The position numbers and the translations under genes are program-made. Below are positions 35,450 to 43,199 of a DNA stretch of 64,000 nt, one piece after another. Each line of letters begins with the position of its first letter. Position 1 is the first letter of the stretch. The DNA comes from a virus, in IMG/VR virus record IMGVR_UViG_3300049489_001336, positions 32,001-96,000 of that record. One strand, 5' to 3'. Under the pieces are notes generated by a model. The model saw only the letters and a list, made by a program, of their open reading frames with translations, did not search any database and was not told where the DNA came from.

Positions 35450-35737
35450 TGGTAGGGACGGTCGGACTCGAACCGACAAGGTTTTTACACCGAAGGATTT
35501 TCTTACCACTACGACTTTCGTCGCCTTATGCTGTTTGTGGTCTGGACTATACCTTCACCGTACTCAAAAAGAGGTTAGGTGGCAGCCGTCTAGTCTCTAC
35601 ACGTTCCCTGTTCCAGGGCTTCGCTCGGTATTGCCATTTTACAGGTTTCACCGACTTTGACTGCATTCACGTCAAAGGTTTCCCTTTGAGTGCTCAATAT
35701 TTAAAGTCCTCTGCGTTTACCATTTCGCCACGCCCCC
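35450..35737 (-). tRNA. trnL: intron-split tRNA-Leu(UAA) (exons 35737-35704 and 35501-35450)
   Basis: GGGGGCG...GAGGACTT | AAAATCCTT...GGTTCGAGTCC...CGTCCCTACCA; long variable arm. Confidence 0.9.
35502..35703 (-). mobile_element. ORF-less group I intron (202 nt) inside the UAA anticodon
   Basis: Starts TAAATATTGAGC, ends in G; P3 GCAGTC/GGCTGC, P4 TCGGT/ACCGA, P7 GACTA/TAGTC. Confidence 0.9.
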
Positions 35738-35738
35738 A

Positions 35739-35813
35739 TGGTAGTACCTGCAGGGATTGAACCTGCGACTTACCCCTTGTAAGGGGGTCACTCTGCCACT
35801 GAGTTAAGGTACT
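35739..35813 (-). tRNA. trnV: tRNA-Val(UAC)
   Basis: AGTACCT/AGGTACT acceptor, ACCCC-CTTACAA-GGGGT arm, encoded CCA. Confidence 0.9.
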
Positions 35814-35817
35814 TTAG

Positions 35818-35891
35818 TCAGGGTAGCTGGACTTGAACCAACAACCCCCGCGACCCAAACGCGGTGCGCTACCAGCTTGCGCTATACCCTG
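35818..35891 (-). tRNA. trnP: tRNA-Pro(UGG)
   Basis: CAGGGTA/TACCCTG acceptor, CCGCG-TTTGGGT-CGCGG arm; CCA not encoded. Confidence 0.9.
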
Positions 35892-35892
35892 T

Positions 35893-36090
35893 TTAGAAGT
35901 AATCCCACAAGATCCCTTTCGGATATCTTACAGTAATTAATTCATAGTTCTGATGTATTAACTGAAGGCGTGCGCGTTGTCTAGCTTTTTTCCAACGGAT
36001 TCGTTGATCCCATCTTCGAAAACCCCTCGCGCATAACCCTCGTTCTATTTTATGCGTTTTACGCGACTTACGACGGTAATTCGTATGCAC
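35893..36090 (-). CDS. small basic hypothetical protein
   Basis: 65 aa Arg/Lys-rich ORF between tRNA genes. Confidence 0.45.
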   Translation of the reverse strand: MHTNYRRKSRKTHKIERGLCARGFRRWDQRIRWKKARQRARLQLIHQNYELITVRYPKGILWDYF

Positions 36091-36180
36091 ATAACCCTGC
36101 TAAGACGCCAAGTGAGCGTCATAGCGGGGCTTCGTGTTTATTCTCTAAATAAAACATGAATATACTCTTTCTTTTACCAG

Positions 36181-36265
36181 CGGAAGTAAAGGGATTCGAA
36201 CCCCTGGTGAATTGCTCCACGCCGGCTTTCAAAACCGGTGCCTTAAACCGCTCGGCCATACTTCC
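36181..36265 (-). tRNA. trnS: tRNA-Ser(UGA)
   Basis: GGAAGTA/TACTTCC acceptor, CCGGT-TTTGAAA-GCCGG arm, long variable arm. Confidence 0.9.
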
Positions 36266-36275
36266 AAAGAGCCTC

Positions 36276-37772
36276 CTACTCGTTTTGAGTAGATGACAGG
36301 GCCGCAGTGCCTACGCCTAAGCCTGTCCCAAGACCCGCAGCACCCAACAATGCTTTATCTTGGTGCATACGCCCTGTAACACTTTCCTGTAACTTCCTAC
36401 TTATCAAAGGATTATTAAATGTTCCTGGTGTAGGATTAGATTCTATCAAACGAAAAGTGCCGTCAGGAAGTTCCGCGACATCAAATGCTTGATGAAGCGG
36501 GGCGTTATCGTAGTGCGATGTTAAAGGCTTATTCACTTTGCTAACAAAGTCTTCTAAAGCTTGGCGTCTATCCCCCGTAACGGGCATATGCGCAAAACCG
36601 CCTTCGCCTATTCCAAGGCTCGAAGACATCCTGTTCCACGCATCACGTATTTTGCCTTCAGGCAAACGGCGATGTGTCGATGCAAAGGGGACGCCTTGAA
36701 CCGTATGTACACGATACTCATTTTTGATGGGTATCTTTTGTTGAAGAATAAACCTGTTCGGGTTCTTCGCAATATCCTGCCAACGAGAATCCTTTAAGTC
36801 CGTTTTATTACTGACGAATGATGCGACATCGCCAAGGGACTCATCAACGGGTTTTATGAGCCACCCTTCCGGTAAATTTTTCGCTAAATGATTTTGAAGA
36901 GCATTCACATCTCCGTTAAATGCTTTCAAAACGTCCTGCATCTTTTCAGTCTCGGGAATTACGGCAGTGCCATCGTCTAAGTGTTCACGCACCTGTTTGA
37001 ACACGTCACCGAACGTGGCTTTATCCGCCATTGCTCCCGTTAAGCCTGAGTTCGCCGCATTTAGATCCACTTTACCTTGCACGGGGATCTGCGAAAAAGG
37101 AGATCCGTGGTGTAATACGGTGCTGTCTCTACGTAAGACTTCACGGTTTTTAGCAGCGGCAGCGACATCATCTGAAATGTCGTCAGCGCCGTATAAAACG
37201 CGACGTACAGCTCTCCCCAACGCCGAACCCGTAGGTCGATGCGTGGCTACTTCAAACGGGAGATCCTTCGCTTTTTCTTGGAGCTTCTGTAACGCAGGAG
37301 AGTCACTCGGTTTGAATCGACGTAAATATTTATACGCGGGATACATCGCGGCAGCGCCTAACCCTAAGCCTGTCAAAGTATCCTGCGTATCCCAATCATT
37401 TGCGAGCTTTACGCCTAACACATGGCATGCTGCTTTTTTACCTTGGGTATAGGGAACAGACTCTCCCACTGTATCAATAAACGTGGTAGAGGCTGCAGCA
37501 GGGCTCGGGGGACGGCTGAGAGTTTGCGGCCCTACGTTTAGAGACGACGAGGGCGGCGCTCCAGCGCCTAGCTGTTTGGTTACTGGCTGAGCAGCCAGGC
37601 GTGGTGTATTTTGCGAAACGCCGTATGATGCACCAGGTTTGCGCCGTAGATACTTACCTAGGCCGTAAGCGCCGAGACCCAGCGCCCCTACGCCAAGAAC
37701 AGACCCCCATCCCAGTCCTTGCTCTTTTTGGGATTGCTGCGGGTATTGTTGATTTTGATATGGGTTATTCAT
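36276..37772 (-). CDS. RimK-like ATP-grasp ligase with hydrophobic ends and internal targeting-like motif
   Basis: MADKATF, VIPET, WLIKP, ILQQKIP..EYRVHTV, AFDV...LIESN; QGKKAACHVLGVKLA. Confidence 0.7.
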   Translation of the reverse strand: MNNPYQNQQYPQQSQKEQGLGWGSVLGVGALGLGAYGLGKYLRRKPGASYGVSQNTPRLAAQPVTKQLGAGAPPSSSLNVGPQTLSRPPSPAAASTTFIDTVGESVPYTQGKKAACHVLGVKLANDWDTQDTLTGLGLGAAAMYPAYKYLRRFKPSDSPALQKLQEKAKDLPFEVATHRPTGSALGRAVRRVLYGADDISDDVAAAAKNREVLRRDSTVLHHGSPFSQIPVQGKVDLNAANSGLTGAMADKATFGDVFKQVREHLDDGTAVIPETEKMQDVLKAFNGDVNALQNHLAKNLPEGWLIKPVDESLGDVASFVSNKTDLKDSRWQDIAKNPNRFILQQKIPIKNEYRVHTVQGVPFASTHRRLPEGKIRDAWNRMSSSLGIGEGGFAHMPVTGDRRQALEDFVSKVNKPLTSHYDNAPLHQAFDVAELPDGTFRLIESNPTPGTFNNPLISRKLQESVTGRMHQDKALLGAAGLGTGLGVGTAALSSTQNE

Positions 37773-37778
37773 AAAACC

Positions 37779-38432
37779 TCACATGAACCCGCGCATCTCT
37801 TTGTAGAGTTGATCTATTTTAGCTTGGTTAGCCGCAAATTCTGCTTTTTGCTTATGCCCCATTGCAGCATGCTCACCAACCCCTGCAACATCATCAAAAA
37901 AATGCCCTACATGTTTTGGGTTATTGACAAACTTAAAAGCTTCTTCTGCAACAGCAGGGTCCATACCTACACGACGTGCGTTATCCGGGTGTAGGTATGC
38001 TTGCATCTTCTTCAAATTAGGTGCGTTTTTACGCGCATTGTTTAGCGCTTCCTGGACTTGTGGACTCAAGTTAGTGAAGTCCGTTTTAACAGGGCGGCTA
38101 CGCCCTCTCAAAAAATCGATTTCTTGTCGACGCAAATCATTTAAATAACGTTTAGCACCAAAGCCCAGCGCACCCGTGCCTAGTCCGTATACCCCCGCGA
38201 AGACTTTCTGTGCGGTAGGGTGGTCTTCAAGTAACGGGTCATTATAGACGCCCACGCCTGCAATTGCTCCAGGAACAACACCATGGGCAATTTCACTCGC
38301 GACGGGAGCTGCCTTTTCCTTGACAAACTTGGCCGCTTGTTCTTTGAAATTAGGAACAGGCGCTGCCGTTTTTGCAAAACCAAGGACAGCGAAAGCACGC
38401 CCTGCCCCGGCCATATAAATCTGATCTGCCAT
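37779..38432 (-). CDS. putative internal virion protein with J-domain-like HPD segment
   Basis: GAGRAFAVLGFAKTAA N-terminus; NLKKMQAYLHPD...AEEAFKFVN. Confidence 0.55.
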   Translation of the reverse strand: MADQIYMAGAGRAFAVLGFAKTAAPVPNFKEQAAKFVKEKAAPVASEIAHGVVPGAIAGVGVYNDPLLEDHPTAQKVFAGVYGLGTGALGFGAKRYLNDLRRQEIDFLRGRSRPVKTDFTNLSPQVQEALNNARKNAPNLKKMQAYLHPDNARRVGMDPAVAEEAFKFVNNPKHVGHFFDDVAGVGEHAAMGHKQKAEFAANQAKIDQLYKEMRGFM

Positions 38433-38456
38433 GGCCTAAGTATAGGCTAAAATTAG

Positions 38457-38529
38457 AGCCCCCTGTCGGATTCGAACCGACGACCGCCAGTTTACAAAAC
38501 TGGTGCTCTACCGACTGAGCTAAAGAGGC
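38457..38529 (-). tRNA. trnT: tRNA-Thr(UGU)
   Basis: GCCTCTT/AGGGGGC acceptor, CCAGT-TTTGTAA-ACTGG arm. Confidence 0.9.
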
Positions 38530-38563
38530 GAATAGGCTAAGCCTACTCAAAGCCCCTTTCCCG

Positions 38564-39259
38564 TCAATCTATTTCTAGAGTGAACGGAGCAGGTGGCAAA
38601 TAACGCTCTACTTGGTCTGGGCGTAGAGCTTCTACGACAGCTGATTTACGGACAAAGTTTTGCCGGCCAGGTCCTACACCGTCAGTTTCAAAGCACTCGC
38701 CTGTGCGAATATTCTTCGCACTACGAACAGGAACTACTTCCTTAGGCGAGCGGATAATCTCCGCGCCTTCTTTAATAGCCCAACCCGGTGAACTGCTAGA
38801 GTCCGTCCATACCTCCTGATAACGAATTCCTACAGGAACCACTACGTACGGATCGGAGTCCGTACAGCCCGTAGTCCCGTGATATTCACTGGTGCTCCTT
38901 GACAACTGGTTTGGGTCCAATTCTCCTGTCAAAGGATCCAATAAAGCATACTCAAACCCCAAACTGTCTTTGAATATCCTCTCCTTCACTCCGTGAATTG
39001 GCGCCAGTTCGCCATTGGCATCGCGCCATTTTGGACCGCGTGCGTCCCCAGGATCTCCCTTCGGACCTTGCGGGCCTTGGATTCCTTGAGGGCCTTGGGG
39101 CCCAGGTTCACCTTGAGGTCCCTGAGGTCCCTGAACTCCTGCTACGCCGTCATTCCCGGTAGCGGCTAGCGTGGGTTCTGCTGCTTTGTTTTGCAGCCCC
39201 AGGTCATCGCCGCCGCACGCCACCACAAGCAATAGGCAGCACAAAAATAGACTTTTCAT
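38564..39259 (-). CDS. collagen-repeat lipoprotein
   Basis: Signal peptide with lipobox VVA-C(GGDD); about 11 Gly-X-Y triplets. Confidence 0.7.
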   Translation of the reverse strand: MKSLFLCCLLLVVACGGDDLGLQNKAAEPTLAATGNDGVAGVQGPQGPQGEPGPQGPQGIQGPQGPKGDPGDARGPKWRDANGELAPIHGVKERIFKDSLGFEYALLDPLTGELDPNQLSRSTSEYHGTTGCTDSDPYVVVPVGIRYQEVWTDSSSSPGWAIKEGAEIIRSPKEVVPVRSAKNIRTGECFETDGVGPGRQNFVRKSAVVEALRPDQVERYLPPAPFTLEID

Positions 39260-39311
39260 AATCCCCACCTTCCTTGACACTTGTGCCACAAAAAGGGGCG
39301 TTTTTATGAAG

Positions 39312-39710
39312 TTAAGGACTGAGTAGTCTCAGTACTTTTTTACGAAAATAACCAGGCGCGTTCTCCTCTTTTTCGAGGATTTTATTTACCTCGGTGAGCG
39401 TTAAGTTTTGTACTTTGTAGAGATCTGCAAAAGGCTGCGGATCCATTACTTTCCAAAACCTGCGACGCGCCGCCCGCGCCTGTGTCAGCGGTGCATTAGC
39501 CATTGTCAACAGAAAGCGGTCTTCAGGAGACAACTTCTGCTTTGCAGCATCAATAGCTATCTCCAACGCTGTTAATTGAGGCTGAATCGCTTCAACCTCT
39601 TCTGCGAAATACTTTGTGATCGGCGCATCGGGCGCGATCTTGTGTAAGAACCACATAATGACAGACCACAGGCCCATCGAGGTTCTATGAACCTTAAGCA
39701 TGGTAGACAT
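39312..39710 (-). CDS. hypothetical protein
   Basis: 132 aa ORF with GGGAG RBS and upstream GGTACAAGA motif. Confidence 0.55.
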   Translation of the reverse strand: MSTMLKVHRTSMGLWSVIMWFLHKIAPDAPITKYFAEEVEAIQPQLTALEIAIDAAKQKLSPEDRFLLTMANAPLTQARAARRRFWKVMDPQPFADLYKVQNLTLTEVNKILEKEENAPGYFRKKVLRLLSP

Positions 39711-39759
39711 GACGCCATCTCCCTTCGACGTCTTGTACCATTATTATGAAGGTAATTAG

Positions 39760-39830
39760 CGCTCTCGGCGGGAATCGAACCCGCATTGCTGATGTGAAAA
39801 ACCAGTGTCCTAACCGCTAGACGACGAGAG
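39760..39830 (-). tRNA. trnE: tRNA-Glu(UUC)-like, anticodon loop one base short
   Basis: GCTCTCG/CGAGAGC acceptor, GTCTAGCGGTTAGGAC D-arm, CTGGT-TTTCAC-ATCAG arm (6-nt loop). Confidence 0.75.
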
Positions 39831-40088
39831 CTTTTTACGACCTTCTGCAGTGATAAAGTATCTTAGTGCAGTCGTTTCGTCGATTTCCCAACGGAGGTAT
39901 CCCCGCTTGATGAGACCGTGCATCGAACGTTCGGTGTAGTCTACACGCGTATCTCCTATGCGAAGACGGATCTGCGCAAGCAGTAGCCCCGTCTCTCTAT
40001 GCAGCTCCGCCAAGATACGTAACTGAGCTTCTCCAAGACTTTTTGAGGCACGTTTTTTAACAGGAGACCCTGTAACCGCCAAACGCAT
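39810..40088 (-). CDS. small winged-helix-like protein
   Basis: AQLRILAEL...MHGLIKRGYL....YFITAEG wHTH-like pattern; 3' end overlaps the tRNA-Glu 5' end. Confidence 0.45.
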   Translation of the reverse strand: MRLAVTGSPVKKRASKSLGEAQLRILAELHRETGLLLAQIRLRIGDTRVDYTERSMHGLIKRGYLRWEIDETTALRYFITAEGRKKLSSSSG

Positions 40089-40155
40089 ACGTTAATGCAA
40101 ACCTATACCTGTTTAGTACGTAGATACAACCAAGAAGTGTACTAAAATAACTGCG

Positions 40156-41604
40156 ATGCCTTCGAAACTTTCAGCGTTGATAACGCCTTTACAGCCTCAT
40201 CAGCAACGCGTTTTAGAACGTATACAGGACCCGAACCAGCCGGGGCTTGTCGTTGCCCATGGCTTAGGTTCTGGAAAAACGTTGTCTTCGATCGCGGCGG
40301 CCGACGCGTTACAAATGCCCACACACGTAGTAGTGCCGGCAGCGCTTAAAGCAAATTACTTAAAAGAACTACAGAAACATCGTGTTAATCAAGAAGAGGA
40401 TTTCAACATACACTCTTTACAGCGAACTTCGCGTGTCCCTGACGTACCTAATTTAACCGATAGTGCCCTCATAGTTGATGAAGCCCACAGACTTAGGGAT
40501 CCTAGCACTAGAGGCAATCAACTATTTAAACACTTGCGCGCTAAGAAGCGCCTACTTTTAACTGCAAGCCCTGTTTATAACCACCCTGCCGATTTATCGT
40601 CATTGGTCAACCTCGCTGCAGGCAGTAAACAACTTCCTGAAGATCGAAAAGACTTCGAAGCCGCCTACACAGGCATGGAAAAGATAAGCCCCGGTTTCTG
40701 GGCTCGTTTACGCGGCGTAAAACCGGGTGAACGTCAAGTCCTAAGAAACAAGGCTCATCTACAAAAAATACTTAATAAATGGGTTGATTACCACGAAAAT
40801 ACAAGTACCGAAGATTTCCCCTCTACTAAAGAGGAAATCGTAAATGTTCCAATGTCTGAAAAACAACAGGAAATCTACGATGGCCTGTTAAACAAAGCTC
40901 CTTTTTGGATTCAATACAAAATCAAGAATAACTTGCCTCCTACGAAGCAAGAAAAGCAGTTAATCAACTCATTTTTAACGACACAGCGGCAGGTCGCAGG
41001 CAGTCCCCACACATTCGTCCAAGGGATGTCCGTGGACGAAGCGGTGAACCACACGCCTAAGATTCAAGAAGCTTTGAAACGTCTCAAAGCACAAATGCAG
41101 GCAAATCCTGACCACAAAGCAGTTGTGTATTCTAATTATTTAGATTCAGGGCTTGAGCCCTATCGGCATCTTCTTGAAAAGGAAAAAATCCCCTATGGGA
41201 TGTTCACGGGGAAGATGAAGAAAAAAGAAAGAGATCAATTAATACTTGATTACAACGCCAACAAAATTAAGGCGTTGTTGTTGAGTTCTGCAGGCGGGGA
41301 AGGTCTGGACTTAAAAGGTACCCGTCAAATCCAAGTCTTAGATCCGCACTTCAACGAAGAAAAGATTCGGCAAATCATTGGGCGAGGCGTTCGTTATAAG
41401 AGCCACACTCATTTGCCTGAAGACCAACGCAACGTGCTCATTGAGCGTTATTTGTCCAAAAATAGACCGACATTTTGGAACAAACTGACAGGTGGGAACA
41501 AAGACACTACCGCTGAAGAATACTTGGATCAATTGTCCAAGGAAAAGCTGCGGTTAAATGATCAAGTTATTGAACTACTCAAACAACGTAATAGTACAAC
41601 ATAG
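40156..41604 (+). CDS. SF2 (SNF2-related, poxvirus D6/D11-like) helicase/ATPase
   Basis: HGLGSGKT, LIVDEAH, LTASP, GGEGLDL, QIIGRGVRYKSH. Confidence 0.88.
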   Translation: MPSKLSALITPLQPHQQRVLERIQDPNQPGLVVAHGLGSGKTLSSIAAADALQMPTHVVVPAALKANYLKELQKHRVNQEEDFNIHSLQRTSRVPDVPNLTDSALIVDEAHRLRDPSTRGNQLFKHLRAKKRLLLTASPVYNHPADLSSLVNLAAGSKQLPEDRKDFEAAYTGMEKISPGFWARLRGVKPGERQVLRNKAHLQKILNKWVDYHENTSTEDFPSTKEEIVNVPMSEKQQEIYDGLLNKAPFWIQYKIKNNLPPTKQEKQLINSFLTTQRQVAGSPHTFVQGMSVDEAVNHTPKIQEALKRLKAQMQANPDHKAVVYSNYLDSGLEPYRHLLEKEKIPYGMFTGKMKKKERDQLILDYNANKIKALLLSSAGGEGLDLKGTRQIQVLDPHFNEEKIRQIIGRGVRYKSHTHLPEDQRNVLIERYLSKNRPTFWNKLTGGNKDTTAEEYLDQLSKEKLRLNDQVIELLKQRNSTT

Positions 41605-41614
41605 CGTTTAAAAC

Positions 41615-41689
41615 CTCCGACGCCAGGACTCGAACCTGGAACCCCCAATTTAACAGATTGGTGCTGACTACCAATTGAGCTACGTCGGA
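41615..41689 (-). tRNA. trnN: tRNA-Asn(GUU)
   Basis: TCCGACG/CGTCGGA acceptor, CCAAT-CTGTTAA-ATTGG arm. Confidence 0.9.
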
Positions 41690-41720
41690 ATGATTCTTAA
41701 TCGTACAGGACGCCAAGCAA

Positions 41721-43181
41721 ATGTCAATACCCCACCACAATGGAAGATTGCGCGCACTGTTAGCCTTAGGCTTCAAGCTAGCTGAATACGCCCCCGGCAT
41801 CCCCGATAAGTCACGGGTCGTCCCGTTGCCCGACATCCGTAAGCCGACGACGTGGAAGCTCAGTATCCAAGAACATAATGCAGACCGCGCAGGAAAGCAT
41901 CTTGACTTGCGTCTTGTCGACCCCCGTACGGGCCATGCACATTCTTGGGCAATTCCGCGCGCGGAACTCCCCGCGCCAGGGAAAGCGGTTCTCGCAATAC
42001 AGCAGCCAACGCACACAGCGGATTACGCGCTTAATTTTGGAAAAAACAAAGTCGACGTAATTCCTGAAGGGTATGGCAAAGGCAGCGTACGCAGCCATAC
42101 GCTTGCAGACGCTGATGTGTTTCACAGTACGCCCGCGCCAAAAGGTACGCGTGTACGCTTTAACGTATACAAATCAAAAGGCCCCGAAGAGTACGCAATT
42201 GTTCGCATGGGGAACGGCTCTGATTTGCTCGTCAATAAAACTTTGACTAGGGAGCGCGTACCCCAGTTGTTATTGGGCGAGAAACCCAAAACAAAAGAAG
42301 TAGACGTTACTAAAGTTAATCCGACGTCCAAAGATGAAGTTTGGATGCCGAAGTACGATGGGGCGCATACTTTAGTTTTGTTGAGTGATGAAAACAAAAT
42401 TCCAAGGCTTTTTTCTTATCGCATTCCTAAGAAACATACGGCAGGGCTTATAGAGCACACGCACAAAGCCCCTGACTTATTGGTACGTCGTGTACCTAAA
42501 GACCTGAAAAATACGGTGCTACGTGCTGAGACGATAGGCATTACATCTGAGGGGAAAGCGATTCCTGCGTCAGACGTGGCGGGATTACTCAACGCGACTG
42601 TAACGAACTCCCGAGAACGCCAGAAAGAGCTTAACGCAAAGCTTGTCCCTGTACTCTTTGATATCGAAAGTATCAAGGGTAAAAGCGTCCAGCATTTACC
42701 TTTTGAAGAACGCTACAAGTTACTCAAAGGCATTGGAGAGCGTTTACAACTTCCGGTCACGGACACCGCTTTTGATACCGCAACCAAAGAAAAACTTCTC
42801 AAACACATACGAGAAGGAAAGCATCCTCACACCTCTGAGGGTGTCATGATACAGTCTCTATCGACGAACAGTCCTGCGCAGAAGGCCAAGTTTAGACCAG
42901 ATCACGACGTGTACGTGCGTGAGATTTTCGAAGCTGTAGATGCACGTGGCAAAGGTTTAGGCCGTGCCGGCGGTTTTGAGTATTCATGGACGCCCCGAGG
43001 ACCTATCGTAGGCCGTGTAGGAACAGGCTTTGACCACGCCTTAGCCCGCGACATGTTTATTAGCTCTAATAAATATACGGGGCGGGTCGCCAAGGTGGAC
43101 GCCGAACGAAAAAACCCAAGTGGGTCTTTATCTAAACCAAGTTTTATCGCTTGGCATGTGGATAAAGGAAAACAACTATAA
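41721..43181 (+). CDS. LigD-type 3'-phosphoesterase fused to an ATP-dependent DNA ligase
   Basis: PE: IQEHNA..GKHLDLRL, HSWAIP, PTH..DY, GYG.G; ligase: PKYDG, LFDI, EGVMI, KAKFRP, OB domain VGRVGTGF. Confidence 0.85.
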   Translation: MSIPHHNGRLRALLALGFKLAEYAPGIPDKSRVVPLPDIRKPTTWKLSIQEHNADRAGKHLDLRLVDPRTGHAHSWAIPRAELPAPGKAVLAIQQPTHTADYALNFGKNKVDVIPEGYGKGSVRSHTLADADVFHSTPAPKGTRVRFNVYKSKGPEEYAIVRMGNGSDLLVNKTLTRERVPQLLLGEKPKTKEVDVTKVNPTSKDEVWMPKYDGAHTLVLLSDENKIPRLFSYRIPKKHTAGLIEHTHKAPDLLVRRVPKDLKNTVLRAETIGITSEGKAIPASDVAGLLNATVTNSRERQKELNAKLVPVLFDIESIKGKSVQHLPFEERYKLLKGIGERLQLPVTDTAFDTATKEKLLKHIREGKHPHTSEGVMIQSLSTNSPAQKAKFRPDHDVYVREIFEAVDARGKGLGRAGGFEYSWTPRGPIVGRVGTGFDHALARDMFISSNKYTGRVAKVDAERKNPSGSLSKPSFIAWHVDKGKQL

Positions 43182-43199
43182 TCAAGCGAGGAGTCACAG

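Noticed and set aside
34610-35455. 281-aa plus-strand ORF
   Set aside because: Antisense to the double-HTH gene, which has clear motifs; no recognisable features of its own
36095-36130. Hairpin CCCCGCTA-TGACGC...GCGTC-TTAGCAGGG upstream of 35893 as a separate ncRNA
   Set aside because: A single short hairpin with no tRNA-like arms; more likely a processing or RBS structure in the tRNA transcript
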